Assembly: GCF_031769215.1 (NCBI RefSeq)
Contig: NW_026782269.1
Location: 1,116,001-1,180,000 of the forward strand
Source: Ylistrum balloti
Lineage: Eukaryota
Direction: 5' to 3'
DNA: 64,000 nt
The notes beneath the pieces were generated by a model. It did no database searches and had not been told where the DNA came from. It saw only the letters and a program-made list of their open reading frames with translations. This document shows, piece by piece, positions 11,005-21,545 of this stretch. Within the stretch, counting starts at the first letter, position 1, and each line of letters opens with the position of its first letter. A program made the position numbers and the translations under genes.

Positions 11005-12126
11005 AAAGTCTACGTAGTCACTGTATCTGTGTTCTATAATAAAGTCTGTGTAGACGTAGTCTCTGTATCTGTGTTCTATAATAAAGTCTGTGTAGACGTA
11101 GTCTCTGTATCTGTGTTCTGTAATAAAGTCTGTGTAGACGTAGTCTCTGTATGTGTGTTCTATAATAAAGTCTGTGTAGACGTAGTCTCTGTATCTGTGT
11201 TCTGTAATAAAGTCTGTGTAGACGAAGTCTCTGTATCTGTGTTCTGTAATAAAGTCTGTGTAGACATAGTCTCTGTATGTGTGTTCTATAATAAAGTCTG
11301 TGTAGACGTAGTCTCTGTATCTGTGTTCTGTATTAAAGTCTGTGTAGACGTAGTCTCTGTATCTGTGTTCTATAATAGAGTCTGTGTAGACGTAGTCTCT
11401 GTATCTGTGTTCTATAATAAAGTCTGTGTAGACGTAGTCTCTGTATCTGTGTTCTATAATAAAGTCTGTGTAGACGTAGTCTCTGTATCTGTGTTCTATA
11501 ATAAAGTCTGTGTAGACATAGTCTCTGTATCTGTGTTCTATAATAAAGGATGTGTAGACATAGTCTCTGTATATGTGTTCTGTAATAAAGTCCGTGTAGA
11601 CGTAGTCTCTGTATCTGTGTTCTGTATTAAAGTCTGTGTAGACGTAGTCTATAATAAAGTCTGTGTAGACGTAGTCTCTGTATCTGTGTTCTATAATAAA
11701 GTCTGTGTAGACGTAGTCTCTGTATCTGTGTTCTGTAATAAAGTCTGTGTAGACATAGTCTCTGTATGTGTGTTCTATAATAAAGTCTGTGTAGACGTAG
11801 TCTCTGTATCTCTGTATCTGTGTTCTGTATTAAACGTAGTCTCTGTATCTGTGTTCTATAATAAAGTCTGTGTAGACGTAGTCTCTGTATCTGTGTTCTA
11901 TAATAAAGTCTGTGTAGACGTAGTCTCTGTATCTGTGTTCTATAATAAAGTCTATGTAGACGTAGTCTCTGTATCTGTGTTCTGTAATAAAGTCCATGTA
12001 GACGTAGTCTCTGTATCTGTGTTCTATAATAAAGTCCATGTAGACGTAGTCTCTGTATCTGTGTTATATAATAAAGTCCATGTAGACGCAGTCTCTGTAT
12101 CTGTTATGATAACAAGGTCTGTGTAC
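11005..12126. repeat. 42-bp minisatellite, ~26 copies
   Basis: Unit gtctctgtatctgtgttctataataaagtctgtgtagacgta. Confidence 0.97.
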
Positions 12127-13540
12127 ATTCATATGTACATGTTTTTTTTAACAAAGCGTTCGTAGTTGTAGTAAACATATATATTATGTTATGAAGTATG
12201 TATATATTTAGCTGTACCTGTGTCCTATTGTCTGTAGATTCTCTAGCCGTGTTTATATTCAATGTAAATATCCATGAGCTTAGCTATAGTGTATGTATTT
12301 AACCTAAATTGCGTGCTATGTTATATGATAACAAGAAATGTTGCTTTCGTCTTTTTTCTGTCATGTAATAAAGTGTAAAGATTCAGCTTTTATATCTGTG
12401 ATCCGTGTTATGTATGCATGAAAATATAGATTAAATCTGTATATATCCTATGTACTGAAGCCACACAAAACTACCCAATTATTTAAATACGGCGGTTCAT
12501 AGGCTTTTCTACATCTTAATGAGATTTCGTTTTGCATCTATGTGGGTAAGTAAAACATGACCAATCAATGTCGAAATGAGGGAACACTACATCTCTTTCT
12601 TTTTGTAAAATTGGTTAAGTGTCCACAAATTTGAAAATGACGCGTTTCACTTCTTCAAGAATTGATTTAGAAAAACAAGATTTTATTTGGCGACAACCAT
12701 ATTATCGAATCGGAAACAACGATAAAATGCCAACAAAAGTATAGAATCGTTATCCAAACTCAAAATTGATGAAGCGAGGACAAAACATCAGCAAAAAGAT
12801 TTACACGGAGATCCTTATTAAACACAAGGGAAATCAGACCAGGTGTTCCGAAACAGTACGCGTCTTTTGCTTCATTAAAAGACACCTGCATAGTTATCCT
12901 TGTGTAATATCCAAAATCATCAAAGAAGATTATACAAAAGAAAAGAGAATGATAACTTTTAATGTAAATTCGATACAGAAAAGCCAATTAAACTCCAGTT
13001 TACTGCTGGTTCGTCCCTACAGGATTCATCGGTAATGTCGAGGTCCAAAATTTTGAAGCCTTGAAGTTGACTGAGATGATAAGATAATTCACTTCATCCA
13101 TCGACGAATACATGCTATGCAAATCTTTTCACGTTCCAAAATGAGAACAAAGTAAACTATAGCAAAACCACCTTGTATGGTAACGAGCATCGCCGCCTAC
13201 CTTTATTCTGAAGTAGGATATTCCCCAGAGACCTTGATGAAGACCATAAAACATATTCTCAAATGAAAACGAGGTTAACAAAATCAATGGAATCACCTGG
13301 CAGTTCTTGGACATAAGGAACATTTGGAAAGAATATTTTTGTAAACGGGTTGCGTGATGAAAGGTGTTCATTCATTCTTAATTTTTAAAAATTCTAACCA
13401 ATTTTATTGTCATAATGTAAAGAATTGGACATCAGAAGGGCCTATTTAAGTCCTCTCTCTGTTCCTTCCAAGAACGATTGAAATAACAAAACATTGCGAT
13501 CCGGTTAGTCTTGAACTAATTGATGACCATCAAATATGTA

Positions 13541-13850
13541 TTAAAAGTTATAAAAAGAAATGTCCCATATTACAGTATTACTTGTTCCCTTTTCAGAAAT
13601 TGTAGAGTTGACATATGATACACAATAATTACTTCCATAGCAAAATCGTTCATAAGTGTATTAGAAATTATAAAAAAAGATTAAGCAGGTTCGGCTTAAA
13701 AGTTATAAAAAGAAATGTCCCATATTACAGTATTACTTGTTCCCTTTTCAGAAATTGTAGAGTTGACATATGATACACAATAATTACTTCCATAGCAAAA
13801 TCGTTCATAAGTGTATTAGAAATTATAAAAAAAGATTAAGCAGGTTCGGC
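13541..13850. repeat. Exact 155-bp tandem duplication
   Basis: 13541-13695 is repeated at 13696-13850 (ttaaaagttataaaaagaaatgtccc...ttaagcaggttcggc) with no difference found. Confidence 0.93.
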
Positions 13851-14505
13851 TTGCATCGATATTTCAAATCAAGAAGTCTTTGTACTGAAACGTTAAGAGC
13901 TGTGTGGTAGCTGCAGTGTGATAGGCGTGTTGATTTCCTACTGTAACTTTACCATTTTTATCTTCAAACCTATGGTGTTTACATGTCGCAGTTGCCTCCA
14001 TATTTAAGGATTCATTGTCACGATTTTCAGAATACACGGTTTCGAGAAAAACATTATGATAAAAATGATTGGGAAGTTTTAGAACCACCATGATGAGCTC
14101 ATTGGGAAATATTATATTTACGATATGAAGTTGGACGTTTGGTTCCATTGTTTCCTTGTTCTCATTTGGGAACGTGACATTACTAACTGACAGAGATTAC
14201 ATGGTGGGTTTAGTTAATGAAGTTGCAGCCGTTTGTTCTTCTCTTAATCTCCTTGTAATTTTTCAGTAGTCCCCATGGAATTATTTTTTCTCATATTTTG
14301 CCACTGTTTAAGTGAATTCCGAGGTTGCATTATGGTTCTGAAAACCTGTTGATAGTTTATTCGTTGTAAATTAATATTCAACGTAACATTAACGTTAGGT
14401 AAACAAAAATGGCAGAAGACTGGACAAAGGCTCGCAACGTGCGTCTTTGTTCAGCCTAACCAAAATACAGCTGATATTTCACGACACTGACTGTATATTC
14501 TCTAT

Positions 14506-14537
14506 ATATCATCCCTGCAGTGATGCAGGGATGATAT
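14506..14537. other. Perfect 14-bp-stem hairpin
   Basis: atatcatccctgca-gtga-tgcagggatgatat. Confidence 0.9.
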
Positions 14538-15149
14538 CTATTATATCTTGTTGATAAATTCACATGCTCAATGGTTTCGTGAAGGGGTTCATGCATACAA
14601 TTGTAAACTCTAAGACATTTGGGAAACAAAACTTATAACAGACATAATGTGGAGCCGATATGCACCTTTAAGATAATTTATATATCAATATATATTTTTG
14701 TGCTAACAAATGCATGTGTTTTACGATTGTCCTTAAAAGAAGACAGGGCGTATTGAATCCATTTAATTTCCAGAAGGAGGATAAATGTTTGTACCAAGCC
14801 ATTGCTAACGATGTCGTATTCAAAGGTCCTCTGATTTTTAAGGATTGATAAGACAGTAATCGTTGTGATGCTTTGCTTAAAATAAACATCTACCAAGTTA
14901 AGTTGTAAATTCATGACGACCCCGATTATTCAATCAACGCGAAAAGGAATTGCTAGCTCGACGAAGTTGTTAATTAACAAGTACGGTTTCGGTATGGACA
15001 AGATAGGAATTCTTTTTTAAGGATAAATGTTATATCTATTTTATCTTAGAATCTTAGTCAAATACTTCTCTTGTCATATTAACAATGTTTCCTATACGAT
15101 AATTTCAAATATTAACATCGTGTAATCACTTTATATTTTATCAATGTGT

Positions 15150-15349
15150 TGTGTGTCCTGTTAACAGCCAGGGTCACTTAAGGACGTGCAAGGTTTGTGT
15201 CGTGGAGGAAAGCCGGAGTTTCCAGAGGAAAAAAACTGACCTGCGGCCAGTACCTGGCGACTGCAAAAGTAGGCCTCGAACTCGCGACCCAGAGGTGGAG
15301 GACTAGTGATAAAGAGCTCAGAGGCCTTAACCATTTGGACACCGTGGCC
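15150..15349 (-). mobile_element. tRNA-derived SINE with V-type central core
   Basis: On the minus strand: GGCCACGGTGTCCAAATGGTTAAGG (degenerate A box), GAGTTCGAGGCC (B box, 15272-15283), core TTTCCTCTGGAAACTCCGGCTTTCCTCC, and tail CCTTAAGTGACCCTGGCTGTTAACAGGAC. Confidence 0.85.
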
Positions 15350-15700
15350 TTCAGACCAGAATATTGTACAGTGCCAACTTTGAATACGTATTTAGTGATA
15401 AATACAGAGTATGCATCAGATAATGGAAAAGAGTATTGTATTTATTTTGTACTTTTGATAAATCAGAATGCACCCTCGAAAGATATTTGCAGCATATCTG
15501 CGAGAATAAATAAAATCTTACAATATCCAAGCTTTGTTGACTTGTCACCAACGAAGAAAATTATATATTAATAACAATAAACACTCGGATTTCGAATTAA
15601 AGCAATTTATCTAAATCAGTGTGTATAAATATGACATGAAATCAGATCTTAACTTCATTTCTACAAATGATATGTATGTTATGACTATTTCATTGACTAC

Positions 15701-17014
15701 TTAATACTTTTTAAAACTATGAAGTACAAATAGTATGATGAATGATAACATAAACTTGTGAGCGACGTGGTACATAAAATAGGAGGCACTGTAGGTATCG
15801 TAGACATAGTGTGGTCCTTGTAGTCCAGCATAGAACAGGGCCACCCACAAACTCAGTACAGCCATGTCTTCCCAACCTCGGCAGGTCCAATGGGCCCTTT
15901 GAATAATATAGAGGTATAAAATTGAAGTATTTCAACAGACAATACGCAGGATTAGAGACACCTTTTAAACTATAACTAGGATAATATTACACACCATATG
16001 AAAATATATGATATTATTTATAGAGGGCGTCACCGTCAATAGATGTTGAAGTAGGCATTGATGATTAACGAACCATGAAATACACAAAAAGAGGAGACGA
16101 ACATTACATGGGCAAGTTTGACTAGGTTAAAATGTGTTTAAATGGGAGAAGACTTGAAAATAGGCAATCTACTGTAGCCAGCATAGTACAATACTTATAT
16201 TCGTGTAGTAAAGCTTTAATGCAAACACATTGGAAAGAGTTGCGGGTGAAGTGAAGTTAAACCGGAGCTTACTATGTATATAAATTCCCTTGTGGTTAAC
16301 AGCAATATATAAGTTGTATATGTGAAACATACTTGTATTTTGTGCTAGCCGTTGAAATATTAAGCAAACACATTTAAAAAAAGAAATGCATTTACTCTAT
16401 ATGAATAGAAGTTTAAAATGCGATAGACAATCAAGTAATTATTTTCAAATCGAAATTCCTCAAGAGTATCAAGAGTATCAGACATTTATACTTGTAAGAA
16501 TTTTTGCATGAAAGAAGATTGCAACTTTATCCAATTTAATCAGTCATAATAGAATGAACGCCGACACGAAGTTCTTAAATATTAATTGTTTTCTAAGTTA
16601 AATTCCATCTATAAAATAAATCGTGAAGATGCATTTAAGATAATTCAGTTCATGTCCTAACGAACAAGATCAATAAGTATATTGGTAAAGTTGCCGGTGC
16701 TTGTTTTGATCCCTATCACGACTTTACCCTTTCACTACATTCGTTCTATACATCATCTATGTTCAGCAATTTAACTTGCAACATGCAATCAAACACAAAG
16801 ATGCATGACAGGTATTGCAATGTGATACTTACTCTTTGATATATTTGAGTACGTAGACTACGATGCAGTCACACAAGATAGCTGGGATCAGATATCTATG
16901 ACCGATGTGGTGGAACCAAGGTGAGTAATGAGTGTACCACATCACACTGAAGATCTCGGCGATCACCAGAGCTATTACCATAGCCACGTTGAATTTGACT
17001 CTCACTTCCGCCAT
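15701..17014 (-). CDS. Small four-helix membrane protein, DUF1761-like, paralog 2 (125 aa); coding exons 17014-16833 and 15896-15701
   Basis: Exon 1 has the same 182-nt length and the same phase-2 GTAAGT donor as paralog 1. The spliced product is MAEVRVKFNVAMVIALVIAEIFSVMWYTHYSPWFHHIGHRYLIPAILCDCIVVYVLKYIKEAHWTCRGWEDMAVLSLWVALFYAGLQGPHYVYDTYSASYFMYHVAHKFMLSFIILFVLHSFKKY*, which aligns without internal gaps to paralog 1. A 5' UTR acceptor lies at 17044-17046. Confidence 0.85.
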
Positions 17015-20000
17015 TTTGTTGTATTACTTGGCTCTACAAGTTACTGAAAAGAAATATTCAAATGTTTTATGCAGCAGATCATGGTATACTATCAGCAATA
17101 TTCGTTTATAGAAAATAAAAAGTCAAATCATATCATAATCAAATACCTTAGTATACGTCTCATCAAGTTTGAAAATGAGTTGACAGCATGAGATAGAAAA
17201 ATATAAACACAATAGACTAATTGTATTGTCAACTACAGCTTACGCGGTCATACAGCGGTAGGTAATGAAATGATGTGTTGTTTAAGGTGGCACACGCGAT
17301 TCATTTGCAGTGACTGTAAACATTGTTTTGTATTGGTGATGCTAGATGCCAGATTACCCCGGTACGTCTTGGTCAGTGTTACTTTAGGTAAACTACGTCA
17401 TGACTTATATGTAAATACTCTAGGCATTAAACAGCTGGGTTAATCGTACACCATATACATCACCCATATGGTTATCATATACAGCAGTATTCATCACATT
17501 ACTCGGCAGTGTCTTCAAGGTTAAGAAGCAAACATTCTATTTTACAACAATTGTGAAAACAAGAAAGAGAATACCGACATATTAATAGAATCTTAATTAA
17601 AAAACAAATCAGATGACGTTATTAGAAAATAAGAACAAAAGAAAGATTTACTCAGAGACTCCTGAAAAATACAACTCGTGTTGAACCAGACGATTAACAA
17701 TATCTTTATTTGTGCGCAAAACCATCTCGAAACATAAAAAAGCAGTTAAAATTTTGATGGAAAAACTTGTTTCATATAAAGGCATCGGTATCGTGTATAC
17801 AACAATAAGGTTAAAAGATGCATTAGTGTTTTGTTGTGTGTAAAATCACAGAAGTTTTAGGGAAAAGTCGACTTACAAACCGCTGTGTAAAGAATATGGT
17901 GTACTAAAGTATATTCATTGCAGACTGGAAATCACATTAACCTGTAAACCAAGCATGACTGCTGACACACACCACATACTACATCTACTTATGATGAAGC
18001 CATGACTGAGGTATAATTGTATGATCAATCATCAGTCTTCCTGCCAGTGATGTGGCTTAACTAGATTATAGATGTGTTGTGGTAGCCGCTGATAGAGGAA
18101 GCAGAGCTGACCATGTTAGATAGCCTTGCTTGCATGAACAAATCTATTTGTTTTGTTATAAATTATGATATCTAAAAATTCCCAATGCAATACATACCCC
18201 GTCACGCTTTGTTGTAGATTTTATCTTTGTTCTTGCTGCAGACAGAGATTCAGCACTCCCGTCTTTGTTTGTCAACAAATCCGTGAAAATGAGCACGGAT
18301 ATAGCTAACTGACCTTTCAGCCAATCAGGGGGCTATTTTAACACGTCTCCCCGCGGTTTGCTGAAGGGCGAGGCACAAGAAGATATAAATAGTGCAAAAA
18401 TTGCCTCGGTTGGAAGAGCATTCGACCTGGTGTACCATCGATCAATGTGTAAAGCCGTACTGTAAACACCCGACGTAAACTACATTTAGTCATAAATTGT
18501 TTCTTTTGTTTGCTGACATGACTCGATACGATGGAAAACTTGACGGCTCTCATTTTTAAACTCTATTTGAAAAAGAACTGTTCTCAAGAACTCCCTCGAC
18601 AAATTAACGCGACTACAAATGCAATTTCTAAAGAAATTGAAAATTAACAAAGTTTTCGAAGGGGCAATTCCAATCCCTTAGTTTGCCTTTCAAAATTATA
18701 GCATTGAATTGACCAAACCTAGAGATGACCTAGTTAAAACCTTATCGATTGTATGGGGAGATGTGTATGGATCAATTTACTTCATACACAATGTTTGAAC
18801 AACAAAGTCCTGTCCAGATATTAGCCTATTGGAGTAACATGACCCATACAATACAATATACTGTTATTTATACGTGGGAATACGAGTTCCAAATACTAGA
18901 TGGATGATAAACTGACTGGACTATGTTTCGGGTTTTTGGGCACAGATGATTGGCCCAATCGAAATTATTTCATATCTTAGTCAAATTACCAAGATTTGCA
19001 ATTTACTCCTAAAACTTTTTCGGTCCGGTTCACCAATTGTCTTTCTAAAACCTAACAAAAATGCTCCGACCCAAAAGAGTGGAAAAAAGGATTGAAAATG
19101 TGCTTTAGATACAAACATCTAAGATACTAATTGAATATGAAAATACATACCTGTGCATATCCTATGCCGCACTACAGAATTTCCAAAGTGGAGTATTTTT
19201 ATTGCAACAACTCTATCAGTTTTGTATAACAAATAATTGTACAAGAAAAAATGCATCAATGAATGACAACATTATTTATACTAATGTACAATGGAAATCA
19301 AAATATTTTGCTGGAATAGTATGTAAGTTTGCACTTATTTTTTGAGGATACAAAGTTCTAGGGTAAGTTTCGAACTTCCATGTAAATTTTTCCAAAGTGA
19401 AAGTCTTTGGAGCACTAGAATTTCTGCAACAGAAGCCAGTCTGAGATGTATGTATCAAAGTACGTGATATTATCGCGCGGTTGTTTGTTTTGCTTCTTAT
19501 AAAGAGTAGATTTGACCTTGAAGAGATTCGAGACCAGTTTCATTATATAAAGCTTCATTATATACGTACAAGGCAAGTCTACTGATAACACTGAATATTA
19601 TCATAATCAAAATGGCACAACCAATTTCTTTTGCACTAGATGTATATTTTATGACACTTACAGTGAATAGGGAAACCCTTACGATGAAGTATAAATATTT
19701 CCGTAAAATGTGGACTTTTTAGATAACAAAATTACATTTCATTCGTAGGATTTCTACTTAGCTCTACCATTCAAAATAACTCTGGAATGTTTCTGACAAT
19801 CTGTAAAGTCTGTAATATGTCCAATACGTCTAGTTATAACCATTAATTGCCACGTTGGAGATAAACATTACAGTATGTAAATATTTGTCAAAAGCATTTT
19901 CGCGCTGAAGACAGGAACGTGAATGGCGCGAGAATTGGCTCTTGTGGAGTCTAAGACGTAATTCCCCTACAGAACAGTAAAAGTTTTTTGGGTCCATGTA

Positions 20001-21359
20001 TATTATTCACGTGATCACATGCATACGTTTCTCTGCAAGCGCAACGGTCATGCATATATTTACAATTCAGCGTTTTCTCCTTCATCAATAGAACTCACCT
20101 AGCTATCTTGGTCAACTCAAGTAATGTCACGTTACAAAATACTAACGACCATCGAATACAGACAATTTGTATTATGCAGGCAAAATAGTTCCCAATGAGA
20201 TCCTGGTGACGATTACGAAACTTTTCCATCATTAATCTGCATCTCTCGAAACTCTGTTCGAAGTTAGCTGTCAGCTGTGGGTCTCTTTCACGGTAATCGC
20301 GACATTGGTAGCAAGCTCTTTAATTTCTAATAAACTGTGCCAACATTATGGTTTTGAGAAGCGTGATTTTAATATCTAGAAATGGAAAACGTAGGGAAAT
20401 CGACAGAATCAAGCTTATGATGCATCTTAGGAGAAATTGACATTGTTGTCAGCATGTGCATGATGTGTAGTAACGCATGCTAGCATTTCATTTCCAGGAA
20501 CCAATTCTAGTATGTATACCGTAAACGATGGATACAATTAATACATTATCAATATAACATATGGAACTGAAGGACATGTTAGGGTCTATGTTAGCTGTTT
20601 TAATAAGCTCTTCGGTAAAATATGCCTAATCTGCAATATTGATAGACAGATGGACAGTTATCGAGTATATTGTTGACAGGAAATTGATCATTCTTACGAT
20701 TTCACCCTTAGTGTATATTAGCTTCGCATTTGACATGATTCTTGCGATTTAATCAAAGTATAAATTCAGTCATATGATAGGGAAAAAAACCTCTAAATGC
20801 CAGAATGACGGCATTCTGAGCATTTTCGTCAAACAATTATCTATTTCGTTTTGGTGACTTTGACTTTATTCTACCACCATCATAGACCCAGTAAAACGTT
20901 CATATGTACTAGTAGAAAAAACATCGATTGGTAATCACAATGACAGGAAAGCAAATCAAAGTGAACAAAGGTAGTTTGTAATATTCTATACGTATGTAGT
21001 GACCAATGGAAGTCGATTTGGCCACGCTTTATAACATACCTATCTTGGAATGGGGTGTGGTAGTGTACAAAATGGAAACAAAACTTCAGAAATATATCTG
21101 TATAAGAATAAGACTAACCCGGGCAGTTTGAATAAATCAGGCGGACCAGGCTATCAGTCTTTTAAGGTTAAGTGGTAACGTGTAATGTCTGTAGATGATG
21201 ATTATTTACATTGGGTGTTTTTTTCTGTATACCAATCACATATTTCTAAAGCAGATCCTGAAGTTTGGTTTTCATACGATGATAAAAATAGACTTGTGAT
21301 TTACTGTCTAGCTAGACTCTAAGCTGTTAATTCTTACACTTAGAAACATTATAGAATGA

Positions 21360-21545
21360 GTGGATTTCATCCAAATCCATGATGGCCGCCTGTCGCACAT
21401 TTTGTTTTCTGATCACTTCCAAAATCAAAGAGGGCAAAACTAGGGACCAAGGGGAACATATAAATGAAATCTGAGAAAGATCCACCCAGTAATTCTCAAG
21501 AAATAGTGATATCAAAATTTGTTTATGGACGGGCAGACGACTATC
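21360..21545 (-). mobile_element. Degenerate Helentron-associated (HINE-type) non-autonomous element fragment
   Basis: The reverse complement (gtcgtctgcccgtccataaacaaat...tactgggtggatctttctcagatttcat...ccccttggtccctagt...gacaggcggccatcatggattt) is clearly homologous to 63760-64000. Confidence 0.7.

Noticed and set aside
9121-12126. CRISPR-like array
   Set aside because: The units are contiguous with no unique spacers, there are no cas genes, and the context is a eukaryotic genome. These are ordinary minisatellites.
15717-15935. ORF-track protein MKYFNFIPL... as exon 2 of paralog 2
   Set aside because: Wrong frame. The frame homologous to paralog 1 starts at 15896 and ends at 15701.
19885-20020. 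E2F-like (ttttcgcgc, gcgcgagaa) and CACGTG motifs as an enhancer
   Set aside because: Short motifs that are expected by chance, with no anchoring transcript evidence in the sequence.
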